A stretch of DNA of 64,000 nucleotides, taken from assembly GCA_046754465.1 (NCBI GenBank), contig JBHHVU010000003.1:46700-110699 (forward strand), written 5' to 3'. Positions 1 to 9,917 of the stretch are shown in pieces (position 1 is the first letter of the stretch; each line of letters begins with the position of its first letter). The DNA is from Nitrospinaceae bacterium (GTDB lineage: Bacteria; Nitrospinota; Nitrospinia; Nitrospinales; VA-1). Under the pieces are notes generated by a model, which saw only the letters and a program-made list of their open reading frames with translations, was not told the DNA's origin and ran no database searches. A program made the translations under genes and the position numbers.

Positions 1-6
1 CGGGGC

Positions 7-1344
7 TCACAACGTCCCATAGCGGACGAGGAACAGCAGGGCGATCAAGTACAGGCCCCAATGCACCTGCTTGGCCTGGCCGCAGAAAACCTTGATGATG
101 GGATAGGAGATAAACCCCAGGGCCATGCCGTCGGCAATGCTGTACGTCATGGGCATGCCGATGAGAACGAGGAACGCCGGGAGCGCCTCATCCCATTGTT
201 CCCAGTCGATCCGGGTCAGGTTTTTCGCCATGAGGCAGCCCACGATAATCAGGACGGGGGCGGTCAGTGGGTAGAGGGTGGTCTTTTCATCGACGGAAAC
301 CCCGCCGCCGACCATTTGGGCGATGGGCGAAAAAAAGAGCGCCAACAGGAAGAGAAAAGCGGTCACGGCCGAGGCCAGCCCGGTGCGCCCTCCCTCGCTC
401 ACCCCCGCCGCGCTTTCTATATAGCAGGTGACGGTAGAGGTCCCCAGGAGGGACCCGGCGGTGGTCGCCACGGCGTCGGGCATCAATGCACGCGTGGCCC
501 GCGGCAGTTTTCCCTCTCTCAGGAACCCGCCCTGCTGGCCCACCCCCACCAGCGTTCCCGCGGTATCAAACAGATCGACAAAGACGAAAACCGCGGCAAT
601 GGTGAGGAGCCCCAAACCCAGCGCCCCCGTGATATCCAGTTGCAGCCACGTGGCCCGCAAACCGGGAGGGGGGGCCACCACACCGTGGAACGTCACCAAT
701 CCCATCGGCAACGCGAGAACGGTCAAGGCCAGCATGCCGATCAGGATGGCGCCCTTGACTTTTCTCCGCAGGAGGGTGGCAATGAACACCAGACCGAACA
801 GGGTAAACAGGGCCGGAAAACTTTTCAGGTCTCCCAACTGCACGAGGGTCCCCGGATGCCCCCGGACCAACCCGCCCTGGACCAAACCGATGAAGGTGAT
901 GAACAGGCCGATCCCCCCGGCGATTCCGCTTTTGAGATCCGCGGGAATGACATTGATGAGCAGTTCCCGGACCCGGGTGACGGTGAGCAGAATGAGGACG
1001 ATTCCTGAAATGAAAACCGCGCCGAGCGCCACCTGCCAGGGGATTCCCTGACCGATCACCACGGAAAATGTGAAATAAAAATTGATCCCCATTCCGGGGG
1101 CGAGGGCGATGGGATAGTTGGCCCAAAGACCCATGATCAGACATCCGATGGCGGCGGAAATACAGGTGGCGGTCATCACCGCGCCAAAATCCATACCCGC
1201 CTGGGACAATACGGCGGGTTGCACAAAGATAATATACGATGAGGTTAAAAAAGTGACCAGCCCGGCTCGTAGCTCGGTGGGGATATCGGTTTTGTTTTCC
1301 CGCAGATTAAAGTAGCGATCGAGAAGGCTGGCAAGGCTGATCAT
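7..1344 (-). CDS. NCS2/AzgA-family purine (guanine/hypoxanthine/adenine) permease
   Basis: Multi-TM protein with family motifs ELRAGLVTFLT, ANYPIALAPGMG, DLFDTAGTLVGV and YIESAAGVSEGGRTGL. Confidence 0.92.
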   Translation of the reverse strand: MISLASLLDRYFNLRENKTDIPTELRAGLVTFLTSSYIIFVQPAVLSQAGMDFGAVMTATCISAAIGCLIMGLWANYPIALAPGMGINFYFTFSVVIGQGIPWQVALGAVFISGIVLILLTVTRVRELLINVIPADLKSGIAGGIGLFITFIGLVQGGLVRGHPGTLVQLGDLKSFPALFTLFGLVFIATLLRRKVKGAILIGMLALTVLALPMGLVTFHGVVAPPPGLRATWLQLDITGALGLGLLTIAAVFVFVDLFDTAGTLVGVGQQGGFLREGKLPRATRALMPDAVATTAGSLLGTSTVTCYIESAAGVSEGGRTGLASAVTAFLFLLALFFSPIAQMVGGGVSVDEKTTLYPLTAPVLIIVGCLMAKNLTRIDWEQWDEALPAFLVLIGMPMTYSIADGMALGFISYPIIKVFCGQAKQVHWGLYLIALLFLVRYGTL

Positions 1345-1505
1345 GGGAACTCACCGTGATGGGGTTGTGGGGAAATAATTTTCCGGATCGCGAAATGCCC
1401 CTCAATTCCTGGAAATATTTTTTAATGCCTCGAAGTTTTCCTTTTTCTGAATCCTCATTTTCCGCCCGGTGAAACGCCGGGCGCCCCGGGTTTCGGATGC
1501 GCGAT

Positions 1506-4142
1506 TCATCGTTTCAAAAATTGCTTTTTCACCAAATCCATTTCCTCTCTTCTGGATTGGATCGCGCCGTTGACCCTCGCCTCGCGCAGGGTCTTGAAAA
1601 TGTTTTGAAATATGGGACCCGGCTGCACGCCCAGGCGGATCAGGTCGTCCCCGGTGAGGGATAATTCGGCCAGGGAATGGTACCGGGTAAAATACAGGGT
1701 GGCGTACTTGTTGACCCGGCCGCTGTCGCAAAAGGCCAGAAGGTAGATGACCGCTTCGGGGGAGAGGGGATTAAAAATCTCGTAAATTTGGTTTGGGGCC
1801 AGGTCGTCCGTTTCCTCCAAGGAACGGATAGCCATTTTGCAGTTTTCCCGGTCGTCTTCCAGCCGATTTTTCAGCCGCTGGGAAATCCGAAGACGGTTCA
1901 TCGCGTACTGAAACGCCTGGGGGTCCAGGGTAGCAAAAAGACCCTGAAAATAAATGAACCAAATCTCGGGTTCCCTGGGAAGGGGTACCATTTTCGACCA
2001 GGAGATCACGTCCGGCACCCTCTCGAGGACCGCGAGGCCGTTTGAATCCTCCAGCAGTTTCGGGGAAATGAACGGGAAAAGAGAAAATTCCTTCATGCGC
2101 CGAATGCACTTTAAAGGGTCATCCTCCTTGAGGAGGAGTATCAATTCGTTCAGCAGCCGGGAGCCGCTCAATTGATCGATCAATTTTTTTTTGATCGCGT
2201 TCTTCATGAAAGCTTCCGTCTGTTTTCCGATGACAAAATGAAACCGCTGTTCGAAACGGATGGCGCGGAAAATACGGCAGGGGTCTTCGATAAAACTCAA
2301 ATTGTGAAGTACCCGGATCACCCGGTCTTTGAGGTCCCGTTCCCCGTTGAAAAAGTCGATGAGACAGAAGGCGTCCTTTCCGTTCAGTTTAACGGCCATG
2401 CTGTTGATGGTGAAATCACGCCGAAACAGATCGGCTTTGATCGAGCTTTTTTCAACGGTGGGGAGTGCGGCGGGATGGGTGTAGTATTCCATCCGCGCCG
2501 TGGCCACATCGATCCGAAACCCGTTTTCGAGAATGATCACCGAGGTTCCGAACTTGGCATGACTTTTCACGCGGCCCTTCAATTGTTTTCCGAGCATTTT
2601 GGCGAACTCGATCCCCTCCCCTTCCACGACGATATCGATATCCAGGTTTTTGATCCGCAGCAACAGATCACGGACGAATCCCCCGGCAACATAAATCGTA
2701 AAACCGGCTTCATCCGCAATGCGTGCGAGGGATTGAAGCAGGGCCATCAAATCACGATCGAGCCGTTCTTTCATCAAACTCTTGACATTCTTGTGAACCC
2801 CGCTTTTTTTTCTTTCCAATATGCCCCCCGGTCCGGGCTGTTCGCCTACCAGGTCGCCCTGGAGCACCCGGAGCAAGTCCCCCCGGCTGATGATCCCGGT
2901 CAATTCACCCGATTCGGGATGCACTACGGGAATCAGTTTCTGTTTTTCCTCGATGATGACCGGGATGATGGTTTTAAAATAGGAATCGGCGGAAGTGACG
3001 GAGAACTCTCGGATCATCAGGTCTTCGGTTTTTTCCAGCGCCATTTTATGATGAATGGCTTTTTCCACGATTTGCCGGGTGATCAATCCCACCGGAATTT
3101 TGCCCTCCATCACCGGGATGGTATTGAGGTTAAACCGGGTCAGGATTTTTTCGACGGATTCGATGGTATCTTTCCGGCCCACGGAAACCACGGGGAAGTG
3201 CATGATATCACGGACCAGGTAAAGGGGCTGGACGTCCGCGTTCAGCAGATGGAGAAGTTTTTCCCTCACCTGGACCATCGTCATATCCCGAATACTGGCG
3301 GATGCGGCATAGATGTGCCCTCCCCCCTCGAACTGCCGCGCGATTTCCGCGACATCGACCGTTTTGGTCCGGCTGCGCGCAATCAAGTAGACCCGCCGGT
3401 CCATCCGCACGAGCGCGAACAGCGCCTGGAAATTCTCGAGTTCCATCACCCGATGCACCACATAGGCCAGGTCCTCGACGAAATAATCGACGGTCGCCGA
3501 AGCCAGGGCCACCTCGACCCCGTTGAAGCTGGAAATTTCCAGGTTGCGGATCAGATCATTGAAAACGTCCACCTGCTCCGTATTTAACCGAGGTTGAACG
3601 AATTCCGCCACCACGTTCAAATCGGCTCCCATTTGCACCAGGCTGGACACGGCGTTAATATCCTGCGGCGTCGTAGACGGGGAAATGAGGGAATGGGTGT
3701 CCTGATAGATTCCCAGGGCCATCAGGGTGCTTTCCTCCCGGGTCAGGGGAATTTTCTTTTCGGACAAGACTTCAAACAGGATGGTGGCCGCCGCCCCGCG
3801 TTTTCTTATCGTGGTGCGCCCGGCGGGAATTTTGTTGGCGATTTCCGGATGATGATCATAAACATGGATCTCCACCCCGGGTTTCCGAATCAGGGACTGG
3901 AAATTTCCAATTCGCGCGGGATCCTGGGTATCGACCAGGATGAGGCGGGTGACCCGGTCCAGATCGATATCCTTAATCCGGGAAATGTCAATCGCCGTGT
4001 TAATTTCGTTTAAATATCGATTGACGCTTTTTTCCGCGGACCCGGAAAAAACCATGTGGGCTTCCGGATAAAGTTTTTTCGCCGCCACCATGGAAGCCAG
4101 GCAATCAAAATCCGCGTTCAAATGGGTCGTGATGATTTGCAT
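1506..4142 (-). CDS. DHH-DHHA1-CBS-CBS class II tRNA nucleotidyltransferase (probably A-adding type)
   Basis: Start moved to ATG 4142 (MQIITTHLNADFDC). DHH (YDHHP), GGGH DHHA1 motif, CBS pair, GGFVRD..DIDI, RRDFTIN and EDPCR motifs. Confidence 0.9.
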   Translation of the reverse strand: MQIITTHLNADFDCLASMVAAKKLYPEAHMVFSGSAEKSVNRYLNEINTAIDISRIKDIDLDRVTRLILVDTQDPARIGNFQSLIRKPGVEIHVYDHHPEIANKIPAGRTTIRKRGAAATILFEVLSEKKIPLTREESTLMALGIYQDTHSLISPSTTPQDINAVSSLVQMGADLNVVAEFVQPRLNTEQVDVFNDLIRNLEISSFNGVEVALASATVDYFVEDLAYVVHRVMELENFQALFALVRMDRRVYLIARSRTKTVDVAEIARQFEGGGHIYAASASIRDMTMVQVREKLLHLLNADVQPLYLVRDIMHFPVVSVGRKDTIESVEKILTRFNLNTIPVMEGKIPVGLITRQIVEKAIHHKMALEKTEDLMIREFSVTSADSYFKTIIPVIIEEKQKLIPVVHPESGELTGIISRGDLLRVLQGDLVGEQPGPGGILERKKSGVHKNVKSLMKERLDRDLMALLQSLARIADEAGFTIYVAGGFVRDLLLRIKNLDIDIVVEGEGIEFAKMLGKQLKGRVKSHAKFGTSVIILENGFRIDVATARMEYYTHPAALPTVEKSSIKADLFRRDFTINSMAVKLNGKDAFCLIDFFNGERDLKDRVIRVLHNLSFIEDPCRIFRAIRFEQRFHFVIGKQTEAFMKNAIKKKLIDQLSGSRLLNELILLLKEDDPLKCIRRMKEFSLFPFISPKLLEDSNGLAVLERVPDVISWSKMVPLPREPEIWFIYFQGLFATLDPQAFQYAMNRLRISQRLKNRLEDDRENCKMAIRSLEETDDLAPNQIYEIFNPLSPEAVIYLLAFCDSGRVNKYATLYFTRYHSLAELSLTGDDLIRLGVQPGPIFQNIFKTLREARVNGAIQSRREEMDLVKKQFLKR

Positions 4143-4164
4143 ACTGGATACGTTCGTGGGGGTC

Positions 4165-4749
4165 TTATTCCGGTGCCTTTTCTCCCAATACGCGCACTTG
4201 CGCGGCAAAGGGGATTTTACTGGGCAGGTTGCATATTTTATTGTCACACGCCCGGAACACCACGTGTCCCGCAATGGAATAAAGGCCGGGCTCGAGATCT
4301 TTGGGAACCCCCAGAACCCGGATGAATTCGACCGTTCCATGAAAGGTTCGAACCACCTTGTCCAGGGCTCGATCCTTAATAATTTCCGGTTCCGGTTCCC
4401 GCCAGGGACCTCGCGGCGGGAAAATGTTTTTCAAGAATTGGATCTGGGTGGCAAGCGATTCATCCTCCCCGGGGGTTTTCATGGAATATATATGCCATCC
4501 CCCGCCGAGTTTCACGAGAACATGCAGGTGGAAGGATTCACCGGGCTTCAACCGGCCGGGATCGGTAATTGATTGGACTTCTACGGGAACCGCCGGATTG
4601 CGGGAGCGGCTGAACGCTTCCAGGGAGGAATGCGCCCAAACGGGAAGCCCGGAAAAAATCAGCGCAAGGAAAGCGAATAAAACTCCCCACCGGGGAAATG
4701 GGGGACTGAATCGGCGAATCCATGGGATCGATGGCATGGACCTTCTCAA
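4165..4749 (-). CDS. Exported stand-alone DsbD N-terminal (Ig-like) domain protein
   Basis: Signal-like segment, GWHIYS motif and C-terminal ACDNKICNLP dithiol; start uncertain. Confidence 0.75.
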   Translation of the reverse strand: MRRSMPSIPWIRRFSPPFPRWGVLFAFLALIFSGLPVWAHSSLEAFSRSRNPAVPVEVQSITDPGRLKPGESFHLHVLVKLGGGWHIYSMKTPGEDESLATQIQFLKNIFPPRGPWREPEPEIIKDRALDKVVRTFHGTVEFIRVLGVPKDLEPGLYSIAGHVVFRACDNKICNLPSKIPFAAQVRVLGEKAPE

Positions 4750-4875
4750 CTCAACCGGGTTTCACATCATGCGGAAAAGGCTAGGACTCAAACCGCGATC
4801 AACGCTTGTGGAGGGACAAGGAATATCATTCCAGCGCCTGACACCCTCAAGCCCGGGGTGGAACCCCTTCGGCCG

Positions 4876-5961
4876 TCACCGAACCAGCTTCGCTTCGGCC
4901 CGTGACAAGGAAAGATATTTTTCTATCGCTTCGACGAATTTATCCTTGGTGAGCGCGCCGGAAAACATCTCGCCGGAAACGGTATCGTTTTCAGGATCGT
5001 AAAGCCCCAGGACGAAGGTAGGCGTTCCTTGAATTCCCAGTTGGATTCCTTCCTGGATATCATTTTTGACCCTCTCTTGATATTTTCTCTCCTTCAGGCA
5101 TTTTTTGAAAACCTGCAAGTTTTTCACTCCCGCTTTTCTGGCAACCGCGACGAGCCCCTCGCCGGACGGTGGGGACAAGTCGTTATTTTTTTCAAAGAAG
5201 AGGGCCTGAAGCTGCCAAAACCGACCCTGGTCCCGGGCGCATTCCACCGCCTCGGAAAGGTTTTTCGCTTCCTTGTGGAAAGGCAGGGGGAAATGGCGGT
5301 AACCAAATTGAACATCCTTATCATAAATTTTCCGCAGGGTTTGAAGGGTCTGTTGCACCCGCTTGCAAAAGGGACACTGAAAATCGGAATATTCCAGGAG
5401 AAACACCTTTCTTGATTTTTTTGAACCCCCATTGAACAACATGGCGGAACCAATACCGGCCACCACGCGGAACTGACTGGGAGGTTTCAAAAAAACCTTG
5501 GCCCATTTCTTTTTCAGAGCGTACTGGAATTTTTTTTCAATGAAGGTATCCCTGGAGGCCGTTTGAAGATATTGGCGGATTTCAGCCTTCATTTGATCCA
5601 GGCTTCCCAAGTCCTTCACTCCCGGAGTGTTCTGGTAAAACCGGACGATGTCCTTTTCCGTCACCGGGGGGACATTATCTTCCTGGAATTCGGGGTGCTT
5701 TTTTGAAAGGAGTTGGAGGATCTTCTCCTTCAAGGCTCGGCTTTCCATTTCATAAAGCTGATACATCAGATCATGCATCTGGGCGTTTTTCAGGGAATCC
5801 AACATGATGGGTTCGCCATCGACCACAGCCACGGTGGGATTGTTGGTGAAAGGCTGGAAATTCGAGGATTGCGCCAGAACGCTTGAGGGGCCTATTGCAA
5901 AAAACGCCAACAGAAAACACAGGGCGGGGACCCTGGAAAACTTCACTGAATATATTTTCAC
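4876..5961 (-). CDS. Exported DsbA-family thioredoxin-fold oxidoreductase
   Basis: Signal peptide, EYSDFQCPFC, YRHFPL and GIQGTPTF cis-Pro loop. Confidence 0.88.
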   Translation of the reverse strand: MKIYSVKFSRVPALCFLLAFFAIGPSSVLAQSSNFQPFTNNPTVAVVDGEPIMLDSLKNAQMHDLMYQLYEMESRALKEKILQLLSKKHPEFQEDNVPPVTEKDIVRFYQNTPGVKDLGSLDQMKAEIRQYLQTASRDTFIEKKFQYALKKKWAKVFLKPPSQFRVVAGIGSAMLFNGGSKKSRKVFLLEYSDFQCPFCKRVQQTLQTLRKIYDKDVQFGYRHFPLPFHKEAKNLSEAVECARDQGRFWQLQALFFEKNNDLSPPSGEGLVAVARKAGVKNLQVFKKCLKERKYQERVKNDIQEGIQLGIQGTPTFVLGLYDPENDTVSGEMFSGALTKDKFVEAIEKYLSLSRAEAKLVR

Positions 5962-6250
5962 GGCGATGGTCTTTCCGAAAACACCTTGAGGGTTTTCATT
6001 TTATCCTTAACACGGCGCAGGATGCCATCCGCGGATTTGCCTTCACGCTTCTATTATCTCCCAAATGGCATTCCCTAAGCAAATGGATTTCAACCCAAAT
6101 GAATGGAGGAAAAGGATCCGGCGGCAAGTTTGAAAGAAGTTCCCTTTTTCGGAGCAGGTGCCCGGCCAACGCTTGGGGACGGGGTCATACAAACTCATTC
6201 CGCGTAAACTCCCGCCTCCATTATTTTCCCGGCGGGGGCCGAATAAACCA

Positions 6251-7162
6251 TCAAGACCCACCGGTGGTCATGGAGGCCTCGGGATTGAGAAATTTGTGGC
6301 AATTATCCGCCAGGTTCAAAAACGCCTTGGCGGCGGCGGAATCGGGCCGCGAAAGCACCACCGGCTCTCCACTATCCGACCGAATCGTGATCTCCGCGTC
6401 GAGCGGAATCTTACCCAAATAGGGCAGAACCAATTCCTGGGCCAGTTTTTCTCCGCCTCCCTTTTTGAACACGTCGATTTCCCCCTTACAATGAGGGCAG
6501 GTCAAGGTACTCATGTTCTCAATGATTCCCACGATGGGCACATTACTGTCCCGGGCAAACGAAATCATTTTCCTGGCATCCAGCAGGGCCAAATCCTGCG
6601 GCGTGGTGACCACGACCGCTCCATCCACTTCCCCGATAAAATCGATGATGGTGATCTGTTCGTTGCCCGTGCCGGGGGGCAGATCAATGAGCAGATAATC
6701 CAGGGGACCCCAGGTAATATTGCCGAGGAGCTCGATGATAAAGTCATATTTCACCGCATCGCGCCAGGCAATATGCATGTTGGGATCCTCAATCAAAAAT
6801 CCCAGGGAAGCCACCTTGAGTCCGTTTCTCATCTCGTAAGGCGCCACCCCCTCGTCGGTGGCCTTCAACCGGATATTTTCGGCGTTCAATAATTTGGGAA
6901 TATTGGGACCGTGAAGGTCAGCATCGGCCAGACCGACCTGGAAACCTTTTTCCGTAAGGGCGATCGCAAGATTGGTAGTGACGGTGCTTTTCCCCACCCC
7001 CCCCTTGTTGCTGCCGATGATGAGCTTGTGCTTGATATCGTTCATCCGCTTATTGACCAGCCAACGGTTATGTTCATTCTTGTCGGCCTTGCAATCCGTG
7101 TCATTGTTGAATTCACACATTTCACAGGTGTGAAGGAGCCTGCACTCTCCTGTTACGACCAT
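6251..7162 (-). CDS. mrp: Mrp/ApbC/NBP35 Fe-S cluster carrier ATPase
   Basis: KGGVGKST, DADLHGPN, LDYLLIDLPPGTG, VVTTPQ and ENMS..CPHC motifs. Confidence 0.93.
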   Translation of the reverse strand: MVVTGECRLLHTCEMCEFNNDTDCKADKNEHNRWLVNKRMNDIKHKLIIGSNKGGVGKSTVTTNLAIALTEKGFQVGLADADLHGPNIPKLLNAENIRLKATDEGVAPYEMRNGLKVASLGFLIEDPNMHIAWRDAVKYDFIIELLGNITWGPLDYLLIDLPPGTGNEQITIIDFIGEVDGAVVVTTPQDLALLDARKMISFARDSNVPIVGIIENMSTLTCPHCKGEIDVFKKGGGEKLAQELVLPYLGKIPLDAEITIRSDSGEPVVLSRPDSAAAKAFLNLADNCHKFLNPEASMTTGGS

Positions 7163-7246
7163 CAGAACCTCCTAAGATTCAAAATCCCCGGGGCGCCGGT
7201 GACCCGGCCCTCCCCGATACCGTAAGGATCGCTGTCCTTGCTTTGG

Positions 7247-7261
7247 AATAATCAGATTATT
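7247..7261. promoter_or_regulatory. Perfect 7-1-7 palindrome AATAATC-A-GATTATT, candidate repressor operator of mrp
   Basis: Lies immediately downstream of the predicted -10 element of the mrp promoter. Confidence 0.45.
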
Positions 7262-7264
7262 ATG

Positions 7265-7293
7265 AGGTTATGTAACAATCTTTTCCATGTCAA
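7265..7293 (-). promoter_or_regulatory. sigma70-type promoter for mrp
   Basis: Minus strand TTGACA-N17-TAACCT. Confidence 0.6.
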
Positions 7294-7793
7294 GGGAAAT
7301 AGATGGTTTCCGGACGGCGAAGGGACTCATCCATCGTGCCGTTGGGCCGCCACGACGGGGACCGGAATCGATTTTCCGGCTCGTTGAGTTTAAAATACCT
7401 GGCCGGGAAAATATCCAAATGCTGGGATCCCCGAAAAAATGTCCTGGCAGCATCGGGACCTTCGCGACTTCCTCGACGGAACTGCTGGGCCCGAATCGAC
7501 TTCAATTGCCTTTTTGATTTATCCTGAATCTTTTTCCTGATTCGGTTATCTAAAAAAAACCCATTCTCAAAATATGAGTTCCAAATTATACAAAATCATG
7601 GCAAAAGCGGGAGCTATAAAGTTAAGGTTCCCTCTCAAGTCCGGCGCGGAACCAGAAACCGGGGTTTGAAAGCCTCGCCGTCAAAATCCGAAGAAGCGGC
7701 CGGGGGCTTGTTGCCTTCCGGGGGATTCATGTCCACTCAATCTTTGGGGTGGGTAAATTTTAACAACCTTAGTATTGAAGGAGTCTTGGCATC

Positions 7794-8207
7794 ATGAAAA
7801 ATCTTTCTTTAAAATTGGGGGCTTTATTGGCATTCGTTTTCGTATGGGGCCTTTCCACAGCGTATGCGGGCAATTCCATCAAAATCACTCAACCGACCAA
7901 TGGCGCCACCGTCTCCAGCCCAGTAAAAGTCTGCATGGAAGTTCACGGGGTTGAAGTGCAGCCAGCCAAAATGGGTGTCCACGATGGCAAGGGCCATCAT
8001 CACATTCTTGTGGATGTGGATGTTCCCTCGGACCTCGGCAAACCCATCGGCAAGGATGCCCATCATATCCACATGGGTGACGGGTCCACCTGCAAGGAAG
8101 TCAAACTGGATGCCGGGAAACACACCCTCCGTACCCTCTTCGCCAAGGGGAACCACGTCCCTTACAGTCCGGCCCTTACGGACGCCGTCAGCGTTACGGT
8201 CAAGTAA
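7794..8207 (+). CDS. Exported DUF4399-family His-rich protein
   Basis: AAGGAG RBS, signal peptide ending AYA, GHHHILVD, HIHMGDG and GKHTL motifs. Confidence 0.8.
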   Translation: MKNLSLKLGALLAFVFVWGLSTAYAGNSIKITQPTNGATVSSPVKVCMEVHGVEVQPAKMGVHDGKGHHHILVDVDVPSDLGKPIGKDAHHIHMGDGSTCKEVKLDAGKHTLRTLFAKGNHVPYSPALTDAVSVTVK

Positions 8208-8230
8208 ATCCAACCCCACTCGGGTCTTGT

Positions 8231-8264
8231 AAAATGCTACCCCGAGGTTCGGGGTAGCATTTTT
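8231..8264. terminator. Intrinsic terminator (bidirectional type)
   Basis: aaaatgctaccccga-ggt-tcggggtagcatttt inverted repeat just after the DUF4399 gene. Confidence 0.85.
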
Positions 8265-8539
8265 ATTGGCGGACGATCTTCCGGATTCCCTCCCCGGTCT
8301 TCATTTGCCCCGCCGCCAACCCAAGGCTTCCTCCCCTCCAGATATTTCCAGCGCCTGAAACCTTATCCGTCCGCGGAAAAAATTTTCACCTTCCCTAGGA
8401 TCGAATTGAGTTGTAATCCCTTCCCTCAACTTATAAAATCACGGTATCCCAGTTTAGACCAGTGAAATCAAAAAGTTTTTCAAACGGGACCCCGGAGCGC
8501 CCTTTCTCCGGGGAAAGCGGTTCACCCAAAAAAATTGTT

Positions 8540-9907
8540 ATGAGAAATTTTCGGTTAAAGAAACTCAAAGCGGTTTTAACTGCTTTTTTTCTTATCCTGA
8601 CCCTGGGGGTCACGGACACGCTGTCCCACGAAGTCAATAAAAGCGCCATGGTGCTCCTCGCGGCGAAAGACCGTTCGGGAAAAATGTTTTCCAATGGAAC
8701 CGGCTTCGTCGTGAAGCCGGAGGGAATCCTGATCACCAATTACCACGTTCTGGTGGATGCGGCCTCGATGGACGCCATTTTCCCGGACGGAAGCCGGGTT
8801 CCGGTGGAAGGGATTTTAAAAATAGACCGGATCAAGGATTTCGCGGTATTGAAGCTGAAAGAGGGATTTTATTCCACGTTGGAACTGGGGGATTCGGGGG
8901 GGATACGGGACTTCGATTACGCGAGCGCCTTGGGGTATTCCTCGCATAACGTGATCAATTCGGGAGGGCGCCTGAAAGGAATCATTGTTCAGACTTATGG
9001 ATTCGTCCTGGGAATCCACCCGCAGGCCTACCCCGATTTTCCCTATATCTATACCACCGCTCCCTTCGGACCTGGTTTCAGCGGGGGCCCGGTCGTGGGG
9101 AAGGATAACAAGGTCGTGGGAATCGCCACGGTGGAGGGACGCTCCATCAACCTCGCCCTGCCGATCAATGAGATCAAACCCTTTCTCGATGGAAAACACC
9201 AAATGACCCTGGCCCAGCTTTTTGAAAAAGACCGGGATTCCAAGGAAGCCAAGTATTACCGGGGTAATTACGCGCTCTACGCGGAGGGCAACCCGGACCG
9301 GGCCATCCGTTTTTTCCGGGAGGTCCTGGCCATGGACCCCAATTTCGTGCTCGCCTATTATGACTTGGCGGTCGCCCATCGGGAAAAAGGACGGATCTCC
9401 GAGTCCAATGCCGATTACGAAAAGGTCGTGGAGATCAATCCCAATTTCCCGGAAGCCCTGTCCAACCTGGGGGGGTACTATTTTCGGGAAGGGAAGATCG
9501 AAAAAGCGGTGGAGTTATTCAAAAAAGCCCTGAAGATTTATCCCAATTTCATCCAGGCACATTCCAACCTGGGCGCCGCCCTGAACAAACTGAACCGCCC
9601 CGGGGAAGCTCTTCCCCATCTAAAGAAAACCCTGCTTCTGGACCCGGAATTTGCCATCGCCTACTATAACCTCGGCAACACTCGCTTTGCCCTGGGCCAG
9701 GTCGAGGAAGCCCAGAAGGCTTACAACCAAGCCGTCAGGTTGGGGGTGGACTTCCTGACCCTGCATTGGAAACTGTTTGAGACCAACTTTCAGCAGGGAA
9801 AAAGCCGGGAAGCGGAACGGCAATTGAGAATTATCCTGAAGATTGACCCGCAAAATCCGAAAGCGCGTAAAAAACTCGCGGAACTCTTCTCCCCGCCCCA
9901 CCCATAA
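8540..9907 (+). CDS. Exported trypsin-like serine protease with C-terminal TPR repeats
   Basis: GTGF, TNYHV, KDFAVL and GFSGGP catalytic triad motifs followed by several TPRs; start moved to ATG 8540. Confidence 0.85.
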   Translation: MRNFRLKKLKAVLTAFFLILTLGVTDTLSHEVNKSAMVLLAAKDRSGKMFSNGTGFVVKPEGILITNYHVLVDAASMDAIFPDGSRVPVEGILKIDRIKDFAVLKLKEGFYSTLELGDSGGIRDFDYASALGYSSHNVINSGGRLKGIIVQTYGFVLGIHPQAYPDFPYIYTTAPFGPGFSGGPVVGKDNKVVGIATVEGRSINLALPINEIKPFLDGKHQMTLAQLFEKDRDSKEAKYYRGNYALYAEGNPDRAIRFFREVLAMDPNFVLAYYDLAVAHREKGRISESNADYEKVVEINPNFPEALSNLGGYYFREGKIEKAVELFKKALKIYPNFIQAHSNLGAALNKLNRPGEALPHLKKTLLLDPEFAIAYYNLGNTRFALGQVEEAQKAYNQAVRLGVDFLTLHWKLFETNFQQGKSREAERQLRIILKIDPQNPKARKKLAELFSPPHP

Positions 9908-9917
9908 ATTTTTAAAA

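Noticed and set aside
1345..1505. Purine riboswitch upstream of the NCS2 permease
   Set aside because: The conserved purine-aptamer core sequences are not visible on the minus strand; only a generic GC hairpin is present.
4143..4340. N-terminal extension of the nucleotidyltransferase given in the ORF track
   Set aside because: It overlaps the DsbD-domain gene, and the DHH domain starts at MQIITTH (4142).
7530..7793. Riboswitch or ncRNA upstream of the DUF4399 gene
   Set aside because: I could not match any known aptamer consensus by eye; a covariance search would be needed.
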